Assembly (NCBI RefSeq): GCF_964355755.1
Contig: NC_092672.1
Span: 11,904,001 to 11,968,000, forward strand
Length of the DNA: 64,000 nt
From: Antedon mediterranea
Taxonomy: Eukaryota > Animalia > Echinodermata
Direction: 5' to 3'
Shown: positions 15,001 through 30,000 of the stretch, in pieces
Position numbering within the stretch: the stretch's first letter is position 1
Layout: the number at the start of each line of letters is the position of its first letter
The notes under the pieces: model-generated
Database searches by the model: none
Told to the model about the DNA's origin: nothing
Seen by the model: the letters and a program-made list of their open reading frames with translations, nothing else
Translations under genes and position numbers: made by a program

Positions 15001-18000
15001 AGTAACTTCTCCTCGAGAATCCCTTTCTCACTAAGCTTATTCCATAACTGCATCAGTTGCTTCTGTGTAAAAATCGTCTTAGCTGTATCACTAACCACAC
15101 GGTAATAATTATGTTTGACGAATCAATGAAATTAAGTCAAGAACAACAATGCAATTCCAGCCTACCTTTTTAATAGTCGGTTTAACTACTGTGATCACCT
15201 TTGTCAACATCTGAATCATTATGTGAATATTTGTTATCACTGTGTTTTCTAATTTCTTGTTAGTATTTGAATACATGATTGCTCCAATGTCGTTTAGGTA
15301 CGTTAATGCATGTAATAGCCCATCTGTTGAAATTCCACATTCAATGCAAATCCCAGAAGCCTAATAACAAATTGAGATTATTTAAAGAATTTGCGTACTC
15401 TCTATTAAATCATAGATATATTATAGATCTTACTATAGTTTATTATAAATCTCTATGATTAAATGTAGACGATTGTTTTTAGAAATAAAAATAATAAATT
15501 GGGTAAACTTGTCTTTCACATTGTTGTAAAACTTCGTTCTAGTCAGGGAAAGAGAAGTTTTGACCAAATTAAAAAGATTTGAATTGATGTAAAATATATA
15601 AAGAAACCTAAAATTATCAGTGTCTTTAAACTTACTCTATTCTGTCTGATGTCAACTTATTTTATTAGCTGCATTGTGGGAGTTGTTTCAATAGGTGTAA
15701 AACATGACCTGGGTAATAATATGTACAGCGCTTAGAGCATTAAAAAAATGTGGCTCTTTATAAAGATCATCATTATCATTATTATCGTCGTCGTCGTCGA
15801 CACCGTCGTCATCGTCATTTCTAATAACGTTCTACCATTTCTGCAAAATTACAAAATTCTTCTAAAACGGGCAAGCCACAAAGATATACATTGTCCGATA
15901 TATAGAATAGACCTACAGTATATTTTAAAAGCAATAATAGTCAATACATGATTATTATCTGTAAAAAATAAAAACCATACCTCAATGAAGGTAATGCACA
16001 GTCTGGTTTTTCCAATTCCGTGCAACCTTTCTTGCAAATCAAGCCACTTTAATGGAACGGTTCTCACCATGTCCTTCATATAACGACCAACGTTTCTTCT
16101 TAGTTGTTTTATACCTTCATGTGATTTTACAGTGTTATCGACCATGTACATCTCACGATCTACATGATCGGCATATGGCATTCCTTCCATTGTTCTAAAC
16201 ATTAACTGAAACTTATCCTCCACTTCCTTTAATAAAAATATTGTTTCATTACAAGCTTAAACAACACAACACGAATTTAACTTTTATTACAAAATGTTCA
16301 TCCACATTCTGATTTGAATACATCTAGACCGTATACTATTAATTACCATTTTTTCCATCCTACCGTCGCAACATTGCAAAATTATTTAATATAAATGCAG
16401 AACCAATATTACCTTCATCCAAATTTTTGATTTTGACTTTTTCAATTTGTCCATATGTGTAGCAACCAAACAGATAGGAGGTGACTGGATAATCTTGCCA
16501 ACAATTTCAATGGGACTTCCTGGACCATGTCGTTTCACAGTATGTTCATAAATGGACCTTATCCAGAACATATTCATTTCCAAATTGGTCATTCCTAGTG
16601 TACTCTAATATCACAAATAAAATGCAATCTTACAAAGTAAGCTAAAATATTCTCAATAACAAAGATATGCATATTTAATAAAGTGTATTCGAGCAAAATA
16701 AGTAGGTAGTCAACTTACTGTGGTTGAATCTCGCGGATTAGCTGGTTCATCCAAGTTATCACACGCATTAAATGCTACACAGTAGGATACTCTATTTGTG
16801 AGGAAAAACTAAACAAAATACAATTGATAATAATAACTTTTTTTTATACTCCACGACATTTATTAGGGATGTGTTAATTGATACATGCAATCATACTTTG
16901 GTGAACATGTTATACCACAACACAATGTCGTACTGTCACTATGAGCAAATCTCTTTATTTTTTAATAATCATTTAACATATAAAACAAAAACTATGAACA
17001 AAAGAAAAAATACATAAATCAAATAAAATTGTAAAATATAATTTAAAGGTCTGTATAATAGAATAGATACGTAAACAAGCAAATCAATGCCCTTTTTTTA
17101 AACATGCACCAATAAATTTACTTTTTAATTTTTAAGACATTTTTAAGTAATAGCAAATAACAAAATAGGAACATACCCTATGCGTTATGTAGTAGTCCAG
17201 TTGACCTGCGTAGTCCCATATAGTAGTTACGTCACTTGGAATACTTTCTGAATCATCACTTCTTCTTTTTACAAATTTCCTAATCAGTTTCATCGCCCAA
17301 CTATCTTTCTGTCTTCGCTTTTTTATTTTAGCAACAACTTTTCTTTGAATGGAGTCGGGAATTGTCAGATTTTCTTTTAGTTGACTCTCTAAATTCAAAT
17401 AATGACTACAAATCAATGGGGTGTGTGTACATTAGATATGGATATGGATAGATGGACTGGTCTGATATGTTGTGAGTAGACATAATGAATGTTAATGTGG
17501 ATAAAAAAGTGTATACAATAAATAAATACATCAGTCAGGATGATTAAAGAATTGAACGAGCAGTGAATAAACACATTTATTTGTTTGCAACAAGAAAAGA
17601 AATCTCACTCTTTCCTGGTTGGACTAACTTTTTGAGAACAAAATTTTCCAGAATGTTTCATACTAATGGTACAATGCCATACATATTATTTTATCAAATA
17701 TAAAGAAAACCAAATATTGAGTCCAACCCTTACTTGCCGATTCCACTGCCAATGACGTGTAATCAGACTCTCTGGAATCAGATGTAGAAGCCTCACCTAA
17801 AAAAAGTTCGTTGAAAGATGTTCTTTCTTTCATCTTTGATGTAATTTCTTCCACTACAGCCTCTTCAAATATTCTCTGGGTTTGCTTGAATCTGGAGTTT
17901 TCTGTCGGCGAAAATGTATAACTAAAAATGATTATTTGTGTCGTGTTGCACTCATAACGAATAAAATGGTTATATTATTATATACTAGAGCAGTGAAATA

Positions 18001-21000
18001 TCACTTATATGCCTGTATAAACTCCACAGTTTAACAAGTACTACTTTTTTTTTTTTTTTTTTTTTTTTTAATTATTATTTTTTTCTTTATATTAATAATA
18101 ATAAAACAATAATATAAACAACACTCCTATGAAGTTATAGTGTGATAATTTTGTGTTTCTTTCAGTATCAGCATGTATAATACACTACATTAATTTATTA
18201 TTTACATTAAGTTGGTTTATTTACTTTTTTTAAGAAAAGAAATTACTATTTTAGATCTTGTCATGCAATTAATTTGTTGTTTATTAATTCGTGCGAGGAC
18301 TTGTTAGGCCTATTACTATTAGTAAAGTGATTATATGCGAAACGACCACACTTTACTTATGCAAAATGATCGTCAAAAATATTTAAAAATTAATCAAACC
18401 TTCCACTGAAGACACAGAGTCAGAAGATATAGAACATTCGAAATCAGATATTGAATATGTTGAAACTGCACCTTGTAAATGGAATTTGGTTTCAGTTGAC
18501 GTTTGTTTTTCCATCTTTGCTGTGATGTGTTCATGCGTTTTCTGGGATGTTCCTGCAATTCATTATAATATATTTTTGATACAATATATAGAATGTCTAA
18601 CATTTCACTTTTATGTATGTTTCTAAACTGTATGAGTGCATCTTAACTTGATTATGATCACATATACAGTTTGTTTAGAATATTAAAAATACCCTTGTAA
18701 TAGAAATTGTAGTAGATAGTCAGGCAGCATTTGTCACTATATTAACTTTACTTCATATATTTAGCCAAGTTTGATTTTTCACTTTTAAGTTATCAAGGAC
18801 ATCACAAGAAACAACTTCCAACTTGTTGTCCAATTTCTAAACGCGTTTTTCATTCGCTGGGGGCGCTTTTTCAAAATGGCCGCCTATGCTATCAAGTACT
18901 TATATTTCGGCAACCACTAATCGTAGAGACTTGGTTTTAGTCTTAAAATGTTCGTAAGGTACATACTTCTATTCACTATAATGGAACATTTTGCCCTAAA
19001 ATGACCGGAAATACTATTTCTGACCATTTGACCTTTGACCTGATCTTATCATATCTCAATAACTATTGGTCAGAAAGAGTTGACATTTATCCCAAATTGT
19101 TCAGAAAATACATGTTTCTAATTGCTTTAATGCAAAGGTTTGTTTCAAGATGGCCGGAAAAACCATATCTGACCTTTGACCATAACCTGTGTGATATCTA
19201 CAACATGTTGGTTATAGATAACATTTTTCGACAGATTGCTCAGAACATCCATATTTGTAACACATTATTGATTTTTCAATTATTGATGCTTTAAATCATT
19301 CACTTAAGCTTGGAAATTAAAGTTTTAAAATAAATAAAAGCCACTCATTATCTCCATACATAATCCTAGCCTGTGATTGGCTGAAAGTTCAAGCAGATTA
19401 GATTTCATGAGGTTAAATGGTAAGTGTTTTTTAAACCGATTTAAACAGTGTTTGCTGGGAAATCATACTTATTATTAGTACATAGGCCTATACATTTACT
19501 TGTATAATAATGTACCTATGCTGATATAAATGTTGTACAGAGAGGCCTTAGTTAAATAGTTATAAACTATAGTTCCAGCCTAGGCCTTGTCGCTAACACC
19601 TAGCAAACAATGCTAGCCTGGTGAGATCCCCGTGGAACTCAGTGACAAGCCAACTCAGTGCCTGGCATGGTAACCTCCGATGATGTCAGTCAAACGATTG
19701 AAAAGCGAGACCAATTAGGAAAAGAAGCATTGGATAAATTTGTGACTTCACGAATGGTTGAAAAAACCGTAACATTTTGAGACCCTCAAAAGAAAAACAA
19801 CTTCTCTTATTTCAAGCATGTAGGAGCAGTGGTGAAAACCAAAATTAAAGGTCAACTAGTTTCAATTAAGCAAGAGAGAAAGCTGCTGTCTAGATTGTTA
19901 GTTGTGGCGAAGAGCAGGCCAGAGTTCGCTCTAAAGGATGTCATAGGCAACTATGAGTTCAATAGCACTCCACCATCAAATTTCCATCCAGATGGAAGAA
20001 TGATAATGCTTTCTGGAAAATCCAAGGTATTGCAGTCAATAACAGAACTCCCTCTACCAGATAATGTCAGCAGGCCTGTACAGAAAGATGATAAAAAGCA
20101 GCATCAATCCTAATTATTGCTGGCATGTGTGTCGTCAATATGGTAAAAAAGGTGTCTGATAAGTTCAATACTTCTGACTTTGCATCTGAATTTGTTAACC
20201 TGATTGTTGGTATGAGCAAACCATATGATGAAGTTCGTCTTTTATTTGATCAATATCTATCAGGATCTTTAAAAGAATCTACACGAGATAAGAGAACACA
20301 GAAAACAACTACCATTCACTACCATGTCAATGACAACACTGAGATTAAGAACATTAAGACATTTTTATCGCACAAAGAGACCAAAGCTGAACTTACAAAA
20401 TATCTGTCAGAGAAGATACCTAATCTCTTCAAGAACAACACGAAGAAGGTCCTAGTAACACATCACACGTCCATGATGGCAAACTGCAATCTCTCAGAAG
20501 TTATCATGATGCCAGAGATGACACACGGACAACACACATTGGAAGAAGGGGACCAACTGGTCTTATTGTATGCCTTTGATTGTATGAACAAAGACCCAAG
20601 TGCCAATGTTGACATATTTTCTGTAGATACTGATGTCTTTATCCTTTTAACAGGAAGCTATCCTCTACTTCCTCCAATGACCACATTTTGTAGGAAAAGA
20701 GGGGAAAAAATACCTATATGGGAATGCTATTACCGACTTTGAAAACAAATATCAGCAGCACTGATTGGATGGTACGCATTTAAAGGTACAGATAACACAG
20801 GTACATTTGCTTGAAAAGGAGTGTCCGCCCATTTCAAAGCACTTTTGAAATGTGACGATGAAATACTAGATGCATATGCTGTATATGGACTGACCTCTGA
20901 AATACCAAATTGGATTTTCAGGCAAATGGAAAGATATGTTTGCATACTATACAGTACTTCTAAGATCAAGGCAGATTATGTCACAGACTTGAGATGGATG

Positions 21001-24000
21001 TTATTTGCACAGAAAGGCAAGGAAGGACAACAATTACCTCCAACCATGGGAACTCTTAGATCACATGTGGAAAGAGCATACTACATGTCTATTGTATGGA
21101 ATTCATCATGCAAGCCAACTCCATCTATTCCACCAGCAACTGACTACTCCTGGCAACTAGAAGATGGTCACTTGAAGCCGGTATTTTGCAACAATCCACA
21201 AGCACCAAAAGCTCTTCTAGAAATTCGTCGATGTACCTCCAATGGTTCATGTTCAACAAATCGCTGTAGTTGTAAGAAAAACAACTTGCTCTGTACTGAT
21301 GCATGTGAGTGTGGTGATGGATGTAAGAATACAAAGGACTGGAATGTAGAGCTAGTAGACAATATCGATGAACTTTATTGACTGGAGAGGGTAATCTGAC
21401 TATATTCAATATTTATGGTATCTATTTATTTATTATAACAGTTCCATTGGTGATTTGAAAAATTGATTTTGGAACAAGGGATATCATCAACAAAACCACA
21501 AGTACCGGTAAAAGTTATAAACAATACTAGACAAATCTATAGTCTCTCAGTTGTGGATATTACATGCATTAGGGCAAGAGGTCAGATATGGCATTTCTGT
21601 TTGCTTTAAAACAAAACATTTAATTACAGTAAATATAAAAAGGCATACTGCGAACAATTTGAAACAAATTTTAAGTCTGTGTGACCATTAGTTACCGAGA
21701 TATGATGATAGAAGGTCAAAGGTCAAATGGTCAGAAATGGCATTTTCAGTCATTTCTGGTCAAAATATTGGATTAGAGTAAATAGAAATATGTACCTTGC
21801 AAACATTTTAAGATTAAAACCAAGTCTCTACGATTAGTGGTTGCCGAGATATAAGTACTTGATAGCATAAGCGGCCATTTTGAAAAAGTGCCCCCAGCGA
21901 ATGAAAAACGCGTTTAGAATTTGGACAACAAGTTGGAAGTTGTTCGTTGTGATGTCCTTGATCACTTAAAAGTGAAAAATCAAACTTGGCTAAATATATG
22001 AAGTAAAATACAAATGCTGCCTGACTAAGATATTCATCATACCTATTTTTACTGGATCCACAGAAGAGATTGCTGATGATTCCAGTTGGGAATCAGATTT
22101 AGATGTTGACATATCTGAACTTCCTTCACCATCATCCATTTCTTCCTTTATTAACTGTGTTGCAAGTTTTTCTGCAAGTGCATCTTCTCGTATTTTCTTG
22201 TTGAGCTCCATAACTGTTTAAAAAAAAGGTGAAATAAGATTGTACGATAAACATCATAGAGATAAATAAAAATACTAAAATTACAGAAATGAGATACATC
22301 ATCATATCATCATCATCACCTGTAAAATACAATATGTAGGTAATTTATGTAATTATAGACCCAAATGCATTTTTAAGTATTTGATAAAAATATTATTTCC
22401 AGTGTACCTTACCGGTACGTTTTTACCTTTATTATGATACTAATTAATCTCTATACACAAATTGGCCAAAGCAGGCAATTATGCGTTTGTTGAAGGAAGA
22501 AGAAAGAGAGAGTTTCTCTCTTTTGTGAGGACAGCTCACTTTGAACGAACAGTTAATGTGTTATTTGGTATGGTTGAATTCTTCTTTTCAAACTTACCGT
22601 CGATATCTTCCTTCTTCCACTTGTCACACTCTTTTCCAATTGCTTGAAACAATGTCGTTGTGATAGCAATACCATCAGTAGATGGTTCGTTGGATTTAAA
22701 TCTATAATAATGAATAATGAACTCTAAAAGGTCGGATTTAATGAAAGGAGAATGTATCCAATAGTTCATCTTAAAATATTGATATATTTAAAATAAAAAC
22801 GAAGTGAAGATCACAAGTAAATAAGCATATGCTTCACACCTCTTGGGGATATTTAAAACAAACTGAAACTTTCAGCAGCAGAATTTGCATAAACATCGTC
22901 GTCACCATCACCGTCTATGTCACCATCATCGTCATTATCATCATAATTGCCATTATAATCATCATCATTTTTATTATTCGAAAAGGAATGAAAACCCGTT
23001 ATTCAAAGACGAAACTTCATGTATCAACTATTTAAAATAAGAACCTCAATAATGCCAATTTTTGTATTTTATTGAATAATTAAATTAAAATACTCAGCAC
23101 CAAACTTATTATAAACAAGAAATCCAAACAACTCGTTAAATGTTGTCAATTGCATTAGAGATACTTATGAAAAAAAGATAAAGTTTTTTAAATGGTTCAA
23201 AGAACAAAAGATTGATTTTAATATATTTTTTGATAAGGAATGTTATGCCATGACTATTATAGAGAACATGAATACAGGATTAGAAATAAATGAGAACTTA
23301 ATCTACTGTAATGGTAAAAACACCATTCAAATTGTATTATAAATACTTTATATTGATGAAGATCATGTATTTTTTATTGGTGCATCTTATAAAATAACTT
23401 TGTTTTTGTGTTACCTTTGTCCAAGCATGGCCTTTACACAGCTAGTTTTTCCAGCACCTTCTTTCCCGAGAAACATACATCTTGAATTTACAACTGCAAT
23501 CTCACCATTTTCAAGTTCATTTTGAAATGATCTAATTGCGCTCTTACCTCTAGCTAATATTTCAACTGGAACTAAATTGCGATTAAAATAAATGTAAAAT
23601 ATACAAAAACAAATGTACACATACAAATATTTTACATTTAAGAATCAATTCAGAGCCAGAGTTTTAAAACTGTCATTATGACAGCTCATCTTCTTCACAT
23701 TCATACAGTTCAAAGGTTCAGTACAGTGTTCAATATGTGTCATTAGTAATACACAGTTTAATATTCATGATGCAAAAACTCAAGAAAAGTGTATTAATAC
23801 AAACTTACTGTCAAGTAACTTCAATATCTTGTTTTTCTTTTCTTTGGAGATATCATCATTATCCTTCAAAACAGATGCTGGTGTTTGACCTCGCTATACA
23901 AAAAATGTATTAAAGTATTATCCACTGTTACTTTACTAATCTATAGATATACACATTTAAGTAAGGGAAACAATCAGTAAATCGTCCCTTACTTCTATAA

Positions 24001-27000
24001 TTTTTACTCGATGGTATATAAAGTTGGTTCGTACTTTCGGTACTGATTTTAACCACCTTATGTAACTCTGTTTACTAATTAAATTGAGTTAGATAATTAT
24101 TTATTGACGATTAAAGCAAATTTACGATTTGCCCCGAATAGGTTTTTTTCACAAATTGTTTTACATTATATAAACACATATACAAATAAACTTTATTACT
24201 GACAGTTGCTTCTCAACGTTTGTATTAATTAATAATGTAATTACAAAAAAAAAATATAAACGTCGTAGTGTGTATCGTTACATGTACTGTACTGTACATA
24301 CTTCAATCGACTATGACGGTGACAGTTTCAACAAAGTATTAAATCGCAATGTTTTAATGTATTTAGTGATATATTATTTGTAAAACATGAAAACAATCCT
24401 CTTTTCCATCCCTCAACCCTAATGTTACATACACAACACAAATTAAGTTTGTTTAAACTTGACTCAAACAATTGGTCTCATTTTGTGACAAGTTTCTCTT
24501 TCGGAAGTAATTCACAGGGTGCTAATTTTAGTTGAGTACATAAATCACCGTTTTTATTTATTCGTTATTGTAAATAAATGACATTGTCCTGTGGTACGTA
24601 CATTTGAAATCGCCAGTTTTTAGTCGCGTGGACGCAATAGTTCACTAGCCTATGTCGGTCGGTCGGTCTGTCTGTCTGTCGGTCCGGTATCACTATGCGT
24701 TTTATCGCTTTTCTGTACTTTTTGAACTGTTTTGATGTTTTTTCTGAGAGCACTCGACTTATGGCTGTTGGCCTTGTTTAACGCTGAAATTACTATGTAT
24801 TCGAGAAGCATCTGTGGACAACTTAGATGCGAGCGAAGCGAGTAAACTAGTAATTTACATAATCCGGATTGTAATAAACACATGCATAAGTTAATAGTGT
24901 GCACACGTTAATATGACACTATCTGAGTACCTTTGCACTAACAAACAAAATAGTAACTGCTCTACCATTTAATGTTTATTGTGATTGAATACACTTAGTC
25001 TTTAAAAATCTCTCAAAAGCCACATTTTGAATTTTTAATTTTCTAAATTGTTCTGTCTATGTAAAGCGCATTAAGGCTTTCAGCATAATGCGCAATATCA
25101 AGCACCAGTTATTATTATTATTATTAAAAATGCTATTAAAAAAAATATTATAAAAGAATAGTCGATACTGTATTAAATGTAGGCCTACATGTTAATTATC
25201 GCATCTATGAGAATTTACCACCACTAGCAGTAACTCGTGCTCCGCATGGTCTTCGTCGGCTTTAACATATGGTTATATTATACTAATTCGCATGGGATGA
25301 GTAAGTATCATATAAGCCCACTCTTCCCTCATAAAAAGCCATGGATGTTGTTATACACCAAGTATTCCTTCACTTTTAAGTAACTTCGAGCTACAAAATG
25401 AAAGCCTAATATTGGATATGGGACTTTACGAAAATGGACAAATTGTACTGTGTGAATAAGATGATGCGCGCAATAACATAACGAAAGTATAAAATGGTGA
25501 ACTATATTATTTTGGGTGTTTTTCGTGGTGTATTAATTATTTGATACATTGAAATAAATCAAAAAGTGAACAAAAATCGAACGGAATAGAAAGTGCATGA
25601 GATTAAAACATTTTAATGAAGTATTGGAATAAATCAACACAAAAAGTAGTAGCGCTCGGGGTGTATTTTTTATTTTTTTACTTTTTTTTTGTTCATTTAC
25701 ACTTTTTTTATTTCATGGTTTATTATATTTTGATTTTTTGTGTGTGTGAGTGAGGTTTCGTAACCCTTTTGCTAGTTTTGCAATTAGATTATAATATTGA
25801 GGTCTAGGTTTGATTTTTAGCTTTAAGCATGTCGTGGATTCGAACTCGAACGTACTAAACATGGGTACCAATGGTCACGGCGATTTCTCACTGAGCCATA
25901 CCGTGATTTACAAAAATCATGCTGTTCAAACAATAGGTGTAATTAACGACGCGATTATTCGATACGGTTGACTAAAGACTGGTGTTTTGGCGGCCTGGCA
26001 TGGTATTTGTAGATCCGGCCATGGCGGTACACAAAGAGGAGGATGCGTAGTTTATACAGTGACGTAACACGGTCCCTGGGACGTAAAATGACTCCTATTT
26101 TTGCCGTTTTAAGTGTTTATCCTTAAAATTCAGGAAAGTGACATAGCCTATCGAGTGCGGCCCATCAATAAACATCAGTGTGCCAAATGTGAGCACGCAC
26201 CGTTCAGTGGTTTTAGAAGAGATACATAAACATAATAAACAAAATAGTAGCATTAATATAGATGCTAACATACGGTAATGGCTTTAAACATTTGGCGCCT
26301 TTTCTGATATTATTTGGCTCCATCAAGACAATGATTACTGTGTATTAGTTAACAAAAGATTTGTAATATTTTAAGTTGATAGAAACTCCTAATTAAAATA
26401 AGAGTATACCTTGGATATAGGCGTAATGGTTTGCTTAATAAGCACAATTTAAAAATGCAAATGCAATGTTGCTGCATTAATTGACTGTACCTTGTTTCTT
26501 GCTTTAAGTGATGCTCCATGGGCTATGAGACTGTTCACTATTTCTATATTACCACTCCTGCCAGTCCTAACGTGTTCATGTAGCGGTGTGTTTCCCACCT
26601 GGAAAGCAGAAAGTTGTATGTATAATAATATACATTTTACACTTTAGATACTAGAACTAAGGTTTAAACAAATTTAATATGTATTCGTTCTGCTCCTACA
26701 ATTATAACAAGCAATTAACTACTACATCTAATGTATATTTTGCTTCTCGTGGGCTACTCGTCTTTCAGTAGTAACTTCGATGATCATCCCTGCCAAATCG
26801 CCAGGACTTGTCTGGCGTGTGTAGGCGACTATACAAGTACAATTATTTAACCTCTGGTGGCAACGAAATGCGTCTGCCAGGTGGACAGCCGGGAATGAGT
26901 CCAACGGATGTAAAGCATATATGTCTATCGGTTATAGATTGAAAGTTAGATGATAAATCTGAATTAGGGTAATAAATTGACTTCAGTAATGTAAACGGGG

Positions 27001-30000
27001 TCCCATCGTTTTATTACTTTTTATGAAATCATACACATAAGCGCCATTATTCGTTCGGCATCATAGTCCGCAAGGTCTATGGTCAAGAAATTGTTAAGTA
27101 AATGGAGTATGTTGTTAATTGTCTACGATAAACCACAGTATAACAGTAACTGTAAATAATACAACTAGTTGATTTCAATTGGGACGTGGAGAGGTGTTAG
27201 CAATGGACATTATTTTGAAAGTATTGGTATTAACGTCTTGTTAAATGCGTGTCTGTGTAGCGGTGTGTTTCCATCCTGGAAAGAAGAAAGTTAGATTAAA
27301 CTTGACGCATTTTTTTAAAGAATACAGGTATTATTATATTACATATTTTCCTTTTCTATAATCATTTATTAGTCCATTGAGGGTGACTGTAAATTATAAT
27401 ATTAAGACCTGGTATTAAGAAAATAATATAACTTTCTGATTTTAATTATTATAATACAGAATGCTTAGTACTGAACACATTTTAAAAGTATTAATTTAGC
27501 GTCTTGTTCGATCTAAAACGTTACAGCTACACGATATTTAATATATTTGAAATTATATTTTTGCTTTGATAATAACTATACATTTATCCAATGAAAACAC
27601 ATTAAACGAACCTAGGGTTTGCTTATAACGGGAGATAATGTAAATTAACTTGTAGTGTTAACTAATACGAATAATTACGTTAATGATTTTTAAATCAATT
27701 TAAAAGAGTAATTTACATTGTTTGTTGCTGTGATTGATGCTCCGTTGGCTATGAGACTGTTCACTGTCTCTACATTACCACGGCCAAGCCGAAAGTGTCT
27801 ATGTAGCGGTGTGTCTCCATTCTGGAAAGAAGAAAGTTAGATTAAACTTGACGCATTTTTTTTAAGAATACAAGTATTATTATATTACATATTTATCCTT
27901 TTCTACATACATTTTGTAATTATTTAATAGTGACTGTAAATTATAATAAGGTAATAAGAAAATAATAAGAAAATAATACAATTTGCTGAGTTTAATTATT
28001 ATAATACAGATGGGTTAGCATTGAACACATTTTAAGAAAATAATAATACAACTTGTACTATACCCTGGAAAGAAGAAAGTTAGATTAAACTTGACACATT
28101 TTTTTTAAAGAATGCAGGTAGTATTATATTACATATTTATCCTTTTCTATATTTCATTTTGTAGTTTATTGAGAGTGACTGTATTATAAAGAAGACATGG
28201 TTTTAAGAAAATGCTACAGCTACACGATTTTCAATATAATTGTATTTTGCTTTGATAACAACTATACATTTTCCAATGAAAAACACATTAAACGAATCTA
28301 GGGTTTGCCACTGATCACCAACTGGGCCCTCTGGGAGACCAGTCTTTGACTGAAGAGGTTACCCAGTATAAATATAAATTTCAATTCAAATTCAAAATTC
28401 ATATAACGGGAGATAATGTAAATTCACTTGTAGTGTTAACTAATTACGAATAATTACGTTAATGATTTTTAAATCACTGTAAAAGAGTAATTTACATTGT
28501 TTGTTGCTGTGATTAATGCTCCGTGAGCTATGAGACTGTTCACTATTTCTACGTTACCATCGCCAAACTTAACGTGTTCATGTAGTGGTGTATTTCCCTC
28601 CTGGAAAGAAGAAAGTTAGATTAAACTTGACGCATTTTTTTAAAGATTTTAATTACTATAATACAGAAGGGTTAGCAATGAACACATGTTAAAAGTATTG
28701 ATTTAGCGTCTTGTTCAATCTAAAATGCTACAGCTACACTATTTTTAATATATTTTAAATTGTATTTTTGCTTTGATAATAACTATACAATGTTTCCAAT
28801 GAAAAACACATTAAACGAATCTAGGGTTTGTTTATAACGGGAGATAATGTAAATTAACTTGTAGTGTTAACTAATACGAATAATTACGTTATTGATTTTT
28901 AAATCATTGTAAAAGAGTAATTTACATTGTTTGTTGCTGTGATTAATGCTCCATGGGCTATGAGACTGTTCACTATCTCTACATTACCACAGCCATACCT
29001 AACGTGTCCATGTAGCGGTGTGTTTCCATCCTGGAAAAAAGAAAGTTAGTATTATTATATTACATATTTATCCTTTTCTACATTCATTTTGTAATTCATT
29101 GAGTAAGAGTGAATGTAAACACCCAATTCTGTAGCTGTGGAAGTGTGGAAGACTGTCGACACTCTACCAGAGACCTATCTGACTATATTAAGTACTGTAC
29201 CTTTAATACACGATATCGCTGTCATTAATACAGTCAGATAGGTCTCTGGTAGACTGTCGACAGTCTTCCACACTGAGTGTACTAACAGCTACAGAATCGG
29301 GTGATATAAATTATAAAGAAATACCATGGTATTAAGAAAATAATAACTAACTGATTTCAATTAAGAAATGCAGAGGATTTTGCAATGAACATCATTTTGA
29401 AAGTATTGATTTTAGCGTCTTGTTAAATGATGTTTAAAATAATTTTAAATTATAATTATCTTACTTTGATAACAAAAATATTACTTGTGTTTCACAATGA
29501 AAAACAAATTATACAAATACAGGGTTGGTTTATACGTTAGCTCATTTATATTAACTATTGAGTGGGTTCAAGTCCCGTCACATGTCAGGATTTTTTCTAA
29601 GGACCAAATTACTTCACTCCCAAAGACTTGTAATAAGACTTTGTTTATGTAGAGCATCTTGTGTATGTTTGTCTTGTGAACCTCTGAGGGTCCCTAATGA
29701 TCAGCAATAGCTGGATGGATCACCCTCATTAAATATGGTGTTAAAAAAAATTAATACGGACAATAACGTTAATAATATTAATTCATTAATTTAGTAATTA
29801 ACATTCATTTTGTAATTCATTAATAGTGACTGTAAACTGTAAAGAAAACACCTGATAGTAAGAAAATAATACAACTAGCTGATTTTAACTTAGACGTGCA
29901 GATGTGTTACCAATGAACATTTAAAAGCTGATTTTAACTTAGACGTGCAGAAGTGTTTAGCAATGAACATTTAAAAGCAGATTTTAACTTTGAACATGTA

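Noticed and set aside
17609-17662. 54-nt candidate exon with a gtgag donor
   Set aside because: Open only in phase 2, while the flanking exons join cleanly in phase 1
18717-22027. Tc1/mariner assignment based on TA at both ends
   Set aside because: A 3-bp AGA duplication outside TAGT..ACTA termini and the XPG/Cys-rich coding remnants fit Academ better
26491-29030. Regularly recurring repeats as a CRISPR-like or DGR-like array
   Set aside because: Eukaryotic locus; the repeats are spliceable coding exons, differences are not adenine-restricted, and the nearby RTs belong to ordinary BEL and LINE elements
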